DNA from: Octopus sinensis | Lineage: Eukaryota | Direction: 5' to 3' | Length of the DNA stretch: 64,000 bases | Assembly: GCF_006345805.1 (NCBI RefSeq) | Contig: NC_043000.1 | Coordinates: forward strand, 153,698,001-153,762,000 | Shown here: positions 22,474-36,373 of the stretch, piece after piece | How the letters are laid out: each line of letters opens with the position of its first letter | How positions within the stretch are numbered: the stretch's first letter is position 1 | Position numbers and translations under genes: made by a program | The notes under the pieces: model-generated | The model's input: the letters and a program-made list of their open reading frames with translations, nothing else | What the model was told of the DNA's origin: nothing | Database searches by the model: none

Positions 22474-24939
22474 TAGTTTTATTTTTATAGCGTGCTTTCA
22501 CTTCACTACCGAGCGCAGCTCTGTGTGCCTTGGTATGTGCTGTGATTTGTTGTGATGCTCTGATGGTTATTGTATGGAAAGTGTTCTGCGTAGGATGTGT
22601 GCAGTGCCTAGTAGTGCAATTTTCTGTATGTTATATGTGTTTGTAAGTCCTGGTGTTTTTGTTATGTATTTGTCTGAATATCTTTTTTATCATGCTTAAT
22701 GCACCTACTATGATAGGAATTGTTTCTGTTTTCAGATTCCACATTCTAGTTACCTCTATTTCCAGGTCTTTGTATTTTGAGAGTTTCTCCATTTCTTTTA
22801 GAGACACGTTGTCATCTGCCGGTACTGATACATCAATTAGAAAGCATTTTTTTTCTTCATGGTCTCTGACAACTATATCTGGTCTGTTGGCCTTAATTTC
22901 TCTATCTGTGTGTATCGGCATATCCCAGAGTATGGTTGCTTTCTCGTTTTCTGTGACCTTTTCTGGTGTGTGCCTATACCATCTTTTTTCTGTTGTTATT
23001 CCATAATGTTGGCATAGCTTCCAATGTATGTAAGTTCCAACTCTGTCATGTCTGTGAATATATTCCTTCTTAGCCAGGACTGGGCAGCTAGAGATAATAT
23101 GATTTATTGTTTCTTGTCCATCTCCACATATTCTGCAGTTACTTGTAATATTTCTTTTCATTACATGTTTTTGGTAATTTCTGGTGGGGAGGCTTTGGTC
23201 TTGTGCTGCAATTAAAAATCCCTCTGTTTCTGCTTTGAGTCCTGAGCTTCTCAACCATTGCTGGGATTTTTCTTTGTCTATTTCTTTTGCGTTTAGTTTA
23301 GTCCAGTATTTACCATGAAGGGGCTTTTCTTGCCATCGTTTTATCATGGTTCGTTGCTGTTCTATTTTTAGTTTGGATTTCATTTTTTTTATAGCTTTTG
23401 TTGTTTCTTCATCTTCTTCTTCTTCTTCTTTGTGTTTATTAGGTGGTATGATTTCTTGTTTGTATTTGTCAGCTTCCTTAAATACTGAGAACAGTTTTTT
23501 GTTTTGCTCGTGTTTTGCCGCTATCTGGATCAGTTTTCCTTCCTTCTGCAGTAGATATTTTTGCAGTCCTATGGTGGTTATTTTATAGTAGTTTTCCAGC
23601 TGTATAAGGCCTCTACCACCTTCTATACGTTGTATATATAGTCTTTCTATGTCAGATTTTGGGTGATGCATCCTAGATCCTGTCATTATTTTTCTTGTTT
23701 TCCTGTCTATTTTGGTCAGTTCATTTCGTGTCCAGTTAAGGATATTGTAGCTGTAACTTATAACTGGGACAGCTAAAGTGTTGATACCTATTATCTTGTT
23801 TTTAGCATTGAGCTGTGTTTAGTATTGATCTAACTCGTCTATAATATTCTTTTTTTATTTTCTCTTTCATTTGTGTGTGTTGTGTCTTATCTAGTTCATG
23901 GATTCCTAAGTATTTGTAAGTTTGGCTTTGGTCTAATTCTTTTATTTCATTTGCTTCATCTAGTGTGATGTTGTTACTCTTAACTAGTTTTCCTCTTTTC
24001 ATGGTTACTTTGGCGCATTTTTCTAATCCAAATTTCATATCTATTTCTTTGGTAAATCCATGAACTGTCTTTAATAGTGTTTCCAGCTGTTTGTCATTTG
24101 CAGCGTATAGTTTTAGGTCATCCATATATAAAAGGTGGCTGATCGTTTTGCCGTAACATTTATATCCGCATCCAGTTCTATTTAGCATATCAGATAGAGG
24201 TGACAGTGCCAAGCAGAAAAGGAGTGGAGAGAGCGTATCTCCTGGAATATTCCTCTTCTAATGGGGATGTCTTTGGTTTTCATGAGTCCCTCTTTTGTTT
24301 GGAGGTGTAGGACTGTTTGCCATTTATTCATAGAGTGCTCTATGAATTTTATGATTGTTGGTGCTACTTTGTTAATGGCTAGTGTTTCGAGGATCCATGT
24401 GTGGGGGATGCTATCAAACGCCTTTTTGTAGTCAATCCAGGCCATACTGAGGCCTTTCTTCTTTCTGTGGCTGTCTTCAGTTATGGCTTTATTAATCATT
24501 AGTTGATCTTTACAGCCATATGAGCTTTTGCGGCATCTTTTCTGCTCTTCTGGGAACAGTTTGTTTTCGTCCAGGTGTTTGTTCAGCCTTTGTGATATCA
24601 CTGCAGTAAATGCCTTGAACATAGTAGGGAGGCAGGCTATTGGTCTGTAGTTTTCTGGTTTTTCTGTTTCATTTGATTTGGGAATTAAGATGGTTTTCCC
24701 CTTCGTGAGCCATTCAGGCATTGTCTCTGGCTCTGCTAGTACGTTGTTAAAGTTTTCAGCCAGCTTTTTGTGCATTCCTGTTAGATATTTCAACCAGAAG
24801 TTGGGGATCTTGTCATGCCCAGGTTCCTTCCAGTTGCTTAGTCTTTGCAGTGCCTGGGTGACCTCTTCAGTTGTTATGGGGGTCCAAGTTTGTTCAGATG
24901 TCGAGTTTGTTATTTGATACTCCTTTTTTTTGGTGGTTC

Positions 24940-24941
<2 letters not shown>
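22471..24941 (-). mobile_element. Dong/R4-clade RLE LINE, family A copy 1 (5'-truncated, frameshifted)
   Basis: ORFs 24182..24793, 23802..24212 (YMDD) and 22631..23686 (CRIC..ETINHIISSC knuckle, RHD, PDIVV..IDVSVP endonuclease); (TAA)n on both sides. Confidence 0.93.
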
Positions 24942-25027
<86 letters not shown>

Positions 25028-25108
25028 TATTATTATTTTATTATTATTATCATCATCATCATTATTATAATAATAATTAATATTATTATTATATTATTAT
25101 TATTATTA

Positions 25109-25185
<77 letters not shown>

Positions 25186-25215
25186 TATTATTATCATTAT
25201 TATTATTATTATTAT
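24942..25215. repeat. (ATT)n microsatellite
   Basis: Direct reading. Confidence 0.97.
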
Positions 25216-25217
25216 AG

Positions 25218-25565
25218 TTTGAGATCATCCATATAGAAGAGATGGTTGGTAGTTTTTACTATAGCAGTTGCAACAACACATCTAATTCTGTTAGCCTGTC
25301 GGTTAAAAATGCTAGTGACAAAAAGAGAAGGAGTAGAGAGAGCGAGTCTCCTTAGAATATTCCTCTTCTAATGGGGATGTCTTTAGGTTATATAATCCCC
25401 CCTTTTGTCAACAGCTGTAGAACTGTTTGTCATTTATTCATGAAATATTTTACATGTTTATTTTGTTTGTGGATAGTGTTTCTAGAATCAGCGTGTGATG
25501 TCAAAATGATGTAAAAAAAATTTCTGGTAATAGATCCAAGCCATGCTTAGGGCCTTCTTCAGTTA
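25218..25565 (-). mobile_element. Older, decayed Dong/R4 RT fragment
   Basis: Remnants of LSMAWI, IPIRRGIF.GDSLS and HLFYMDDL with stops. Confidence 0.7.
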
Positions 25566-25741
25566 TGCTTAGTGGCATTTCGTATGTCGCTACGTTCTGA
25601 GTTCAAATTCCGCCGAGGTCTACTATGCCTTTAATCCTCTCGGGGTCGATAAATTAAACCCAAGAGGATTTTTGTAGGCTGCGACGCTGCCACTCTCTGT
25701 GGTCTGTGCTCATTCCACGTCTTACCTCTCTCTGGCCCCAC

Positions 25742-25788
<47 letters not shown>

Positions 25789-25861
25789 ATTATTATTATC
25801 ATCATCATCATCATCATCTTCATTTCTACTACTACTACTACTACAACTATTATTATTATTT

Positions 25862-26075
25862 AAGTCGGTGAGCTGGTAAAATCGTTAATACACCGGGCGA
25901 AATGCTTAGCGGCAGTTCGTCCGTCACTACGTTCTGAGTTCAAACTCAGTCGAGGTTAAGTTTGCCTTTAATCCTTTTGGGGTCGATAAGTTAAGTACCA
26001 GTGACGCACTTGAACCGATGTAATCGACTCATCCCCTTCCCACCAAAATTTCAGGCTTTGTGCTAATACTCGAAG
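25862..26075 (+). mobile_element. OR-like SINE, tail type B
   Basis: Matches family consensus in window. Confidence 0.75.
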
Positions 26076-26131
26076 GGATTCTTATTCTTATAGATATTAT
26101 TATTGTTATTCTTCTTTTCCTTCTTCTTCTC

Positions 26132-26202
<71 letters not shown>

Positions 26203-26730
26203 CTCATGGCTTCTGATCTTAACTGATTGGAAGTGTTATCATGTACATTGTTTTGTCTTGGTATAAAAGATGGGCTACAGCAAATATTCTGCTCAATACC
26301 ACAGATTTGCTTGTCAGTTGTTTGACCTTAACCAGTTGAGCATGTCCCTTAGTGGCTGACGATATGTGCATCTCTGATCACGAGCAGAAGTAGTGGGGGA
26401 GCATCATGGCCATGTGTTGAGAGGGATTCTTTGGAGTTTGAATGGTTCACCTCTGGAAACATAGGTGTTTCGTTCAACATCCTAAAGCAACCCTTATTCA
26501 GGGACCGTTTGAGCAGGATGGGCTACTCAACCTGAAGAAAATTCTAACTGGGCCCCACCTGCAAGGTCATGTGCTGTTTATCTTGATATGAGATCACCAT
26601 GTCGCGCACATATGGTTGTGATGCATGTGCCTGGTGTACCTTTATCAGACGGGTAGTCATGATGGGTATATTGGGCTTCGTATATTTTACCCCAGTGTCA
26701 CTTTGATGGCATGAACTGCTCTCTCACTCA
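26203..26730 (+). mobile_element. ~530-bp non-coding (TAA)n-flanked element, copy 2
   Basis: Reverse complement of 21837-22379, about 30 nt shorter at the 5' end. Confidence 0.75.
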
Positions 26731-26742
26731 ATAATAATAATA

Positions 26743-26890
26743 TTGAACTTGAACTTCCAACCCTGTTGGAAGTTCAACATGAACAACATGTTGGAAGACA
26801 ACATGAACTTCCAACCCTGTTGTCTCTTGAGGTCTCTGGGTGAGACTTGGAGCCAACTTGTACAAATATAAAGCAAAAGTCAAACATAGA
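26743..26890 (+). mobile_element. Dong/R4 family B 3' UTR tip with scrambled 5' junction
   Basis: Matches the 3' UTR of the 28790-29665 element; followed by (AAT)n. Confidence 0.7.
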
Positions 26891-26911
26891 ATAATAATAA
26901 TAATAATAATG

Positions 26912-26989
<78 letters not shown>

Positions 26990-26992
<3 letters not shown>

Positions 26993-28723
26993 TAGTTTTA
27001 TTTTTATAGCGTGCTTTCACTTCACTACCGAGCGCAGCTCTGTGTGCCTTGGGTATGTGCTGTGATTTGTTGTGATGCTCTGATGGTTATTGTATGGAAA
27101 GTGTTCTGCGTAGGATGTGTGCAGTGCCTAGTAGTGCAATTTTCTGTATGTTATATGTGTTTGTAAGTCCTGGTGTTTTTGTTATGTATTTGTCTGAATA
27201 TTTTTTTATCATGCTAATGCACCTACTATGATAGGAATTGTTTCTGTTTTCAGGTTCCACATTCTAGTTACCTCTATTTCCAGGTCTTTGTATTTTGAGA
27301 GTTTCTCCATTTCTTTTAGAGACACGTTGTCATCTGCCGGTATTGATACATCAATTAGAAAGCATTTTTTTCTTCATGATCTCTGACAACTATATCTGGT
27401 CTGTTGGCCTTAATTTCTCTATCTGTGTATCGGCATATCCCAGAGTATGGTTCCTTTCTCGTTTTTGTGACCTTTTCTGGTGTGTGCTTATACCATCTTT
27501 TTTCTGTTGTTATTCCATAATGTTGGCATAGCTTCCAATGTATGTAAGTTCCAACTCTGTCATGTCTGTGAATATATTCCTTCTTAGCCAGGACTGGGCA
27601 GCTAGAGATAATATGATTTATTGTTTCTTGTCCATCTCCACATATTCTGCAGTTACTTGTAATATTTCTTTCATTACATGTTTTTGGTAAGTTCTGGTGG
27701 GGAGGCTTTGGTCGTGTGCTGCAATTAAAAATCCCTCTGTTTCTGCTTTGAGTCCTGAGCTTCTCAACCATTGCTGGGATTTTTCTTTGTCTATTTCTTT
27801 TGCGTTTAGTTTAGTGCAGTATTTACCATGAAGGGGCTTTTCTTGCCATCGTTTTATCATGGCTCGTTGCTGTTCTATTTTTAGTTTGGATTTCATTTGT
27901 TTTATAGCTTTTGTTGTTTCTTCATCATCTTCTTCTTCTTCTTTGTGTTTATTAGGTGGTATGATTTCTTGTTTGTATTTGTCAGCTTCCTTAAATACTG
28001 AGAACAGTTTTTGGTTTTGCTCGTGTTTTGCTGCTATCTGGATCAGTTTTCCTTCCTTCTGAAGTAGGTATTTTTGCAGTCCTATTGTGGTTATTGTATA
28101 GTAGTTTTCCAGCTGTATAAGGCCTCTACCACCTTCTATACGTTGTATATATAGTCTTTCTATGTCAGATTTTGGGTGATGCATCTTAGATCCTGTCAGT
28201 ATTTTTCTTGTTTTCCTATCTATTTTGGACAGTTCATTTCGTGTCCAGTTAAGGATATTGTAGCTGTAACTTATAACTGGACAGCTAAAGTGTTGATACC
28301 TATTATCTTGTTTTTAGCATTGAGCTCTGTTTTTAGTATTGATCTAACTCGTCTATAATATTCTTTTTTAATTTTCTCTTTCATTTGTGTGTGTTGTGTC
28401 TTATCTAGTTCATGGATTCCTAAGTATTTGTAAGTTTGGCTTTGGTCTAATTCTTTTATTTCATTGGTTTTATCTAGTGTGATGTTGTTACCCTTAACTA
28501 GTTTTCCTCTTTTCATGGTTACTTTGGCGCATTTTTCTAATCCAAATTTCATATCTATTTCTTTGGTAAATCCATGAACTGTCTTTAATAGTGTTTCCAG
28601 CTGTTTGTCATTTGCAGCGTATAGTTTTAGGTCATCCATATATAAAAGGTGGCTGATCGTTTTGCCGTAACATTTATATCCGCATCCAGTTCTATTTAGC
28701 ATATCAGATAGAGGTGACAGTGC

Positions 28724-28724
<1 letters not shown>
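26990..28724 (-). mobile_element. Dong/R4-clade LINE, family A copy 2
   Basis: Nearly identical to copy 1, same 3' terminus, truncated inside RT at ALSPLSD; (TAA)n on both sides. Confidence 0.93.
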
Positions 28725-28789
<65 letters not shown>

Positions 28790-29665
28790 CATATGTTTGA
28801 TTTTTGCTTTGTATTTGTACAATTTGGCTCCAAGTCTCACCCAGAGACCTTAAGAGACAACAAGTCAGAGGTTCATGTTCGTGTTATGCATAGGATGTTA
28901 TATATTTGGTTTTGCATATAGTATTGTTCTAGAGAATGTTTAAAAAAACATAATGAGTTTGTTTTAAAATTTGAGATTACATAGTCAGTATTTTACTTAG
29001 GATATGGCCAGTTCCCATGAGCACTATCTTTTGAATTTCAGCCATTTTAGGGTTTCCTAGTAGCTGAGCTAGGTAGCAATCATCCTTTTTTGCTATCATT
29101 TCTAGGCCACCAATGAACACAGACATTGTTTTAGTCTTGAGGTTCCACATTTTGCCAATTTCTATTTCAAGATCTTTGTACTTGTTCAGTTTTTGGTAGG
29201 TCTTGAAAAATACATTTATGTCATTTGGGACAGTCATATCAATGAAGTGGTATGTCTTTTGTCTGAAGTTTTTCAATATGATGTCTGGCCTATTCGCAAT
29301 TATCTTTCTCTCAGTTTGAAGAGTGAAATTCCAGAGGAGTGAGATGTGATCATTTTCAAGCACTGGAGATGGTTTGTGTTCACTCCAGTTTTTATCTTGG
29401 GGCAGATCCAAGATTTTTTCAAATTACCCAGTGGATATATTGTGCTCTCTATCATGCCTGTTGAGATACTCTGTAGGCGCAAGAAGACTGCACTTGGAGA
29501 CAACATGATCAATGGTTTCATTTTGTTGTTGACATACACGGCATGTTGGGCTACTGCCGTTCTTTAATATGTTTGCCTAGTAGTTCCTTGTAAGTAGGTA
29601 GTGATCTTGAGACTCTAAAGCCTTCTGTTTCTTATTTTAAGCCAGAAGACACTAACCATTAATGG
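28790..29665 (-). mobile_element. Dong/R4-clade LINE 3' fragment, family B
   Basis: ORF 28977..29411 (LLWNF....IIANRPDIIL..IDMTVP..KYKDLEIEI); distinct 3' UTR; (TAA)n tail. Confidence 0.85.
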
Positions 29666-29689
29666 GTCAGGGCTTTGTCAACATCGCGT

Positions 29690-31700
29690 CTTTTAGCTCA
29701 CTTTGGGTATTTGCTATTAAGAGGATTTTCTTGCCATTTATCAGAAGGAATATCTAAGGCAGCAGTTTCAGCACGTGACCCTCGGCGGAATTTGAACTGT
29801 AACGAACGTAGTGATGGGCGAAATACCTATTTCTTTACTACCCACAAGAGGCTAAACACAAAGAGGACAAACAAGGACAGACAAACGGATTAAGTTGATT
29901 ATATCAACCCCAGTGCGTAATTGGTACTTAATTTATCAACCCCGAAAGGATGAAAGGTAAAGTCAACCTCGGCAGAATTTGAACTGTAACGAATGTAGTG
30001 ACGAACGAAATATCGGTAAGCAATTCGCCCAGCGCTCTAACAATTATGCCAACTCACCGCATAATATCGATAATAATGGTTTCAAATATTGGTACGAGAC
30101 CAACAATCTCGGGGGTGAGAGTCGATAGCATCGACCTCAGTTCTTAACTGGTAGTTACTTTATTGCCCCGAAACGATGAAACGCAAAGCGGAATCTGAGC
30201 TCAGAACGTAAAGACGAAATACCTATTTCTTTACTACCCACAAGGGGCTAAACACAGAGAGGACAAACAAGGACAGACAAACGGATTAAGTCGATTACAT
30301 CGACCCCAGTGCGTAACTGGTACTTAATTTATCGACCCCGAAAGGATGAAAGGCAAAGTCGACCTCGGCGGAATTTGAACTCAGAACGTAACAGCAAACG
30401 AAATACCGCTAAGCATTTCGCCCGGCGTGCTAACGTTTCTGCCAGCTCGCCGCCTTATTTCGTAAAGACGAAATACCGGTAAGCATTTTGCCCGACCTGC
30501 TATATAACGTTTTCGCCAAAAAAAACTAATAATAATTATATATATACGAGTTCATGCTAAATATACTGTACTCATTCTCACACTTCTTCTCACTCTATCT
30601 CTCTCTTTCTTTCCCTTATCTATCTCTCCATCCGTCTTTATATTATATTATATTATATTATATATATTTCTTTATTGCTCACAGGGAGCTAAACATAGAG
30701 AGGACAAACAAAGACAGACAAACGGATTAAGTCGATTACATCGACCATAGTGCGTAACTGGTACTTAATTTATCGACCCCGAAAGGATGAAAGGCAAAGT
30801 CGACCTCAGCGGAATTTGAACTCAAAATGTAACGGCAGACGAAATACCTATTTCTTTACTACCCACAAGGGGCTAAACACAGAGATGACAAACAAAGACA
30901 GACAAACGGATTAAGTCGATTACATCGACCCCAGTGCGTAACTGGTACTTAATTTATCGACCCCGAAAGGATGAAAGGCAAAGTCGACCTCGGCGGAATT
31001 TGAACTCAGAACGTAACAGCAAACGAAATACCGCTAAGCATTTCGCCCGGCGTGCTAACGTTTCTGCCAGCTCGCCGCCTTATTTCGTAAAGACGAAATA
31101 CCGGTAAGCATTTTGCCCGACCTGCTATATAACGTTTTCGCCAAAAAAAAATAATAATAATTATATATATACGAGTTCATGCTAAATATACTGTACTCAT
31201 TCTCACACTTCTTCTCACTCTATCTCTCTCTTTCTTTCCCTTATCTATCTCTCCATCCGTCTTTATATTATATTATATTATATATATTTCTTTATTGCTC
31301 ACAGGGAGCTAAACATAGAGAGGACAAACAAAGACAGACAAACGGATTAAGTCGATTACATCGACCATAGTGCGTAACTGGTACTTAATTTATCGACGCC
31401 GAAAGCATGAAAGCAAAGTCGACCTCAGCGGAATTTGAACTCAAAATGTAACGGCAGACGAAATACCTATTTCTTTACTACCCACAAGGGGCTAAACACA
31501 GAGATGACAAACAAAGACAGACAAACGGATTAAGTCGATTACATCGACCCCAGTGCGTAACTCATACTTAATTTATCGACGCCGAAAGCATGAAAGGCAA
31601 AGTCGACCTCAGCGGAATTTGAACTCAAAATGTAACGGCAGACGAAATACCGCTAAGCATTTCGCTCGGCGTTCTAACGATTCTGCCAGATCGCCGCCCT
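29690..31700 (-). mobile_element. Cluster of OR-like SINEs, full-length and fused fragments
   Basis: Repeated OR core and type A tail, all on minus strand. Confidence 0.85.
30213..31700. repeat. ~620-bp tandem duplication (about 2.4 units)
   Basis: GACGAAATACCTATTTC at 30213, 30838 and 31457; the unique spacer between SINEs is also duplicated. Confidence 0.9.
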
Positions 31701-32799
31701 TATATTATATTATATTTTGCTGAAATGGACAAAAATATTTGAGTTGATTTTGATTAATTTGTACAAAAGACAAATATGGATAACAACTGCAATACATATA
31801 TATGTATGTGAGTGTATGCATGGATTTATATGTCTGAGTGTGTGTATATGTGTGTGTGAGTGTGTGTGTATGTGAGCGTGTGTGTATGTGTGTATTATGT
31901 ACATATTGTAAGTATGAATATATAGTGTGTGTATACCAGAAAAAGGCATGATGTATGTATTTCAGAGATAGATCAGTTAAAATGGCGTGGCCCGAAGAAT
32001 AAATTATGAGCAGTAATAAAACTCAAATGTTCAGCAGGCGTTTACCTAATGTTAAATATAGTAAAAAAAGAAAATATCTTTGGCGAACTTCTCAGAAATT
32101 TGCTTGTACTAAACGCAGAGTGTAACAGCAGATTTATACTCATGTTAGTTCAGTTACTTAATTATGTAATAAAATGCCTCTATTACTAGTTTTGGGAACC
32201 TGGGGTATAAGCCCAGAAAGGTCAAACGTAATTAGATATTTTCAATTATAAGCCATTAATGGAACAATTGAGAGAAGAACAATATTCTAGTAAGTTAGTC
32301 TGTCTTTTGTAAGCTTTTATACGTTTGCCCTTCAAATGTGGCTATGACCATCATCTGTTTCAATTATAGAAGCTTCGACGAATGTACTTCATAAACCATC
32401 GAAGGAGAAAGTCATGCGAGTGAGCGATAATTAGCGACTGTTACCCCTGTGCACCTCCAGTGCAGGAAAACTACCGAAGTGTCAATACTTTATCGTCACA
32501 GACACACGTGACGCCCAGATCGTCGCAAAGAAAGACTTAATTTTACTTGTTGCACTGAATCATATTTGTGCAATGATGCTTTGCAGTGCCGTAGACAGTT
32601 CACATTTCCTACTAAAGCTATCGTTACTGTGAATAAGACAAATCCAGTGGGAAGACAACTGGTACATGTTTCCAGCAACATGTCAATGCTGACAACGCAG
32701 TTTATCTGTGAGCGTAACGGACCGCATATCCAACAGCTCCTTGTTGTTGAACGGGAATATTAGTCGTGATGAGTAACCTTTGCCACAGGATCAATCTTA

Positions 32800-32930
32800 T
32801 TTTGGTACGTGGCCAACATTCTCGGGGGCGGGAGTCGATAGTATTGACCTCCGTTCTTAACTGGTACTTACTTTATTGCTCCCGAAAAGATGAAACGCAA
32901 AGAAGAATCTGAGCTCAGAACGTAAAGACG
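32800..32930 (-). mobile_element. OR-like SINE fragment with internal deletion
   Basis: Close match to 30095-30215, sharing the same deletion. Confidence 0.65.
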
Positions 32931-34873
32931 TTTTGTTCATTTTACTCATAAATTAACAGATGAGTGTATATATATATATATATATCGCCTCACCATGGCT
33001 AAAACGTACCATCTATTGTTTTCCTAAATAGGCTTTGCCTAAATACATATGCCATTCCCTCCACAAATCCTAACATCAAATAGTGGTTCATCACTATGCA
33101 GATTTATATTTAACACGCATATGGTCATACAAACGTACGTATATGTATGTACACATATATATATATTCATTTACTTTATATTTATTTCAGTTATTGGACT
33201 GCGGCCAAGCTGGAGCGCCGTCTTTAAGAATTTAGTCGAATAAATCGAGCCCAGTGCTATACACGTATACACGGCTATCTAATTGATTTCCAAGTTTCAT
33301 GCAGAGAGTCTTGTCTCTTAGAAGCAGAGACAGGCCTTCCTCTACTGAAGAGAGGTTTGCAAAATGAAAATATAAAAAACTTTCATGCATACATGTGTTT
33401 TGTTTTCAAACGCACAAAGAATTCTAAGAGCCACTTTTGCACGATAGATCTAAAACATTCTTGGTTATCACGTGATTCAGATATATCAAATTTAAAGCAA
33501 ATGCAATTTCACCAACGCTTTCTTCTTTCTCTACTTATTGTTCAGTTTTCATTAAGAAATAAAAAGTATGCCTCTGATCGCTTTGATTCTGGATATGAAA
33601 CAAAGTAGAAGTAACAACGAATTGCCTTGGAAAGACATAGATTTTTTTAATCATTATTTTCATGAAAAATATTAAATTTCTCCCAGCATATGAAACATAT
33701 ATCTGCTTAAGATTAACAAACAGTAATCTATTATCGCTTTTAATAAAAACTAGATTAGATATATAGAGCTTAATCAATACATAAAATCTATGTAAATACG
33801 TATAATACATACATACATGCATACGCTTAAAAAATATGACTATAAATATATATAATGAATATCTATATACACGCACACGGGCCTAAAAACACATATGCAT
33901 ATATATGTGCGTGTGTGTATCTGTGTATGTATATATATATACATATATTAGTCATGCTAGCATTTAGTAATCCTATTTCGAGCAACTGCCGACCGAAATT
34001 GCGTCATTTATAATACTGTTTTAATATTCTGCGTTTGATGTTTCATTGGAATGTCAATAACTGAGGCAAACATACACATACACGCGCGCGCGCGCACACA
34101 CACACACACTCATATATTTCGCACATATGTGTATATGTGTGTGTGTGTGTGTATGTATGTATGTACATATATACATGCATCAATATATATTTATTTATTT
34201 ATATTTATATATATATTGCGTTTTTGGATTTGGTTTGCAAGATTCTTTATATGAGTTCGTGTGTTGAAGCATATTCTTTTGTGTCTGGGGAGATTCATTC
34301 TCTTTTGGTGCCTTAAAATTTAACACACGCACAGATAAAATTTCCATTCATTTTATATTTTTCTAAAATTTTCGGGATACATACAGAACATCGACATATG
34401 GCTTAGCCCCCAAATGTACTTCCACGAAAATGTAGATTATTTCCTCTTCACATTTAAAAAGACGTTATGGTTTGCACAGCTTTTTAAAATTATCTATTGG
34501 TCATCCTGATATATCTCCATTGTACCCTTATTGTTTATGAAGTTGACATCGTGATCATATGATATTACTCTAGTGTTGCAAGTTTGATTAAGCATACATG
34601 AAACTGTTCGTGGTTAAATTATTTTTTAATAGTTTACCACTAGAAATATTTTATGCTGATCATGGAATTTTATTGGTGGTTGTTAAGAAAGTGTTAGATT
34701 TAGATTATCGAATCCAGTCATCTTTGGCTTTTAAATTTGAAAAGGGAGTAGCTAACCAGATAATGTTGGGTACCTTTTTTTTAAATCTAGAGGTGTATGG
34801 GCTGGAGATATTTTTAATCCTGTCTTTGAAGCTGATTTTGTTGAAAGCGTGTTGGCAAGGAAATATCACTTTA

Positions 34874-35268
34874 TCTTTATATATAAAAGTAAGGTTGTGT
34901 GTCTGTCTACTCCGATTTAGATTCCTAACTACTCCCACATTTTGCGGTGCAGTTTAATCAAAACCGGGTTTCTTATAGTCGTGATTCATATCGAGCCCTT
35001 CTGGGTATTAGCGCGCGTCTACGATGAGTCTACGATTTAAAAAATAATTTAACATCATTTTTTCCATTTTAATGCATTTTTCGCTATTATATAAGGGAAG
35101 TAACTCTCTAAAAATGTCTAAGATGAGTCAACGATTTAAAAAAAAATTTACCATCATATTATTTCCATTTTTAATGCATTTTTTTGCTATTTTTTGGCTA
35201 TAACTCTCTAAAAATGCTTTATAGTTATTTCCCTTACAAACCCGAGCAACGCCGGGCGATACTGCAAG
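34874..35268 (+). mobile_element. Non-autonomous Helitron, same family as 6493-6891
   Basis: A|TCTTTATATATAAAA start, CCCGAGCAACGCCGGG hairpin, CAAG|T end (mutated CTAG). Confidence 0.8.
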
Positions 35269-36071
35269 TTTAATATATATTTATAGGAGAATATATTACA
35301 TATTTAGCATTGATTTATGTTGGATATCTAAAATTAGTCCATAATATTGATGCTGTGGATTAAACTTTTAAAAGACTCTTGTCATTTACTCGTTGAATAT
35401 TCATAAACTACAACTATTTCTTCAAACAATTTGGTAATTGAAAATACACACATCACTCTTCCCGTTTCCATTCCAATAATAGGAAAAACATTCTTTAGAT
35501 TTCATATTTCGCCACACAAAATTCTCACAGATAACAGTTATACTATCTTCAAATATAGATAAACTAAGGAATATCTTCCAAAGCATTGTGTGGACCTCGT
35601 TTAATAGCAACTGTACTATCAATAAGCTATATCTTTAGTATGATATATAACCTTATGTGCTGACCTTTTTTTTTAATGGAAACCACCAACAAACCTTTTG
35701 TTGAGAGACGTAACAATAGAAAGTCAACAACCTCATGTTCGGCATGTGTCTGGCAGCTAAAACTCACTAATACCTAATTTTATGCATCCCAGAAAATCAT
35801 ATCAAGAGCCAAAACATACAACCATAACAAGAAACCGTGCCAATTATGCGCATCGAGGTAATATATGAAACATTATTCTGTAAAGACACTTTCTTGCCGG
35901 CACTGTTCGTACACTTCACTGTGCCTTTTTCAAGAAATAGCGTACTCCAAATGGTAGAACCACATGATGTTCTCAACAAACATTCGTTTTCATCTTTGCT
36001 AAACGTGCGGACATTTCTGGCAACTGAATATTGGCATCTAGGCATATAAGTATTTTAATGTTCGCATGTGA

Positions 36072-36110
<39 letters not shown>

Positions 36111-36260
36111 AGTAGGTGAATGAATTATCCTATGTTTATCGTCAGCATCGAAAATTCGTTTAACCGAAACCTGGGTAGCAAATTCACGTCAGAAAACACG
36201 GTTGAAGCGACCTGTCAAGGGTAGAAACTCCGGGTTCATGTCTAGAAATTTGTGTATTGT

Positions 36261-36373
36261 ATATGAATAAATGAAAGAATGGAGTCGAACGAAGATGTTA
36301 ACAAAATTCCTTTACTGTGTCGAGAGTAAAGGAATTTTGTTAACATCTTCGTTCGACTCCATTCTTTCATTTA

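Noticed and set aside
35797-36045. 82-aa ORF containing DENEC and CTNSAG (EGF-like words)
   Set aside because: Cysteine spacing does not fit a calcium-binding EGF domain; no convincing splice sites.
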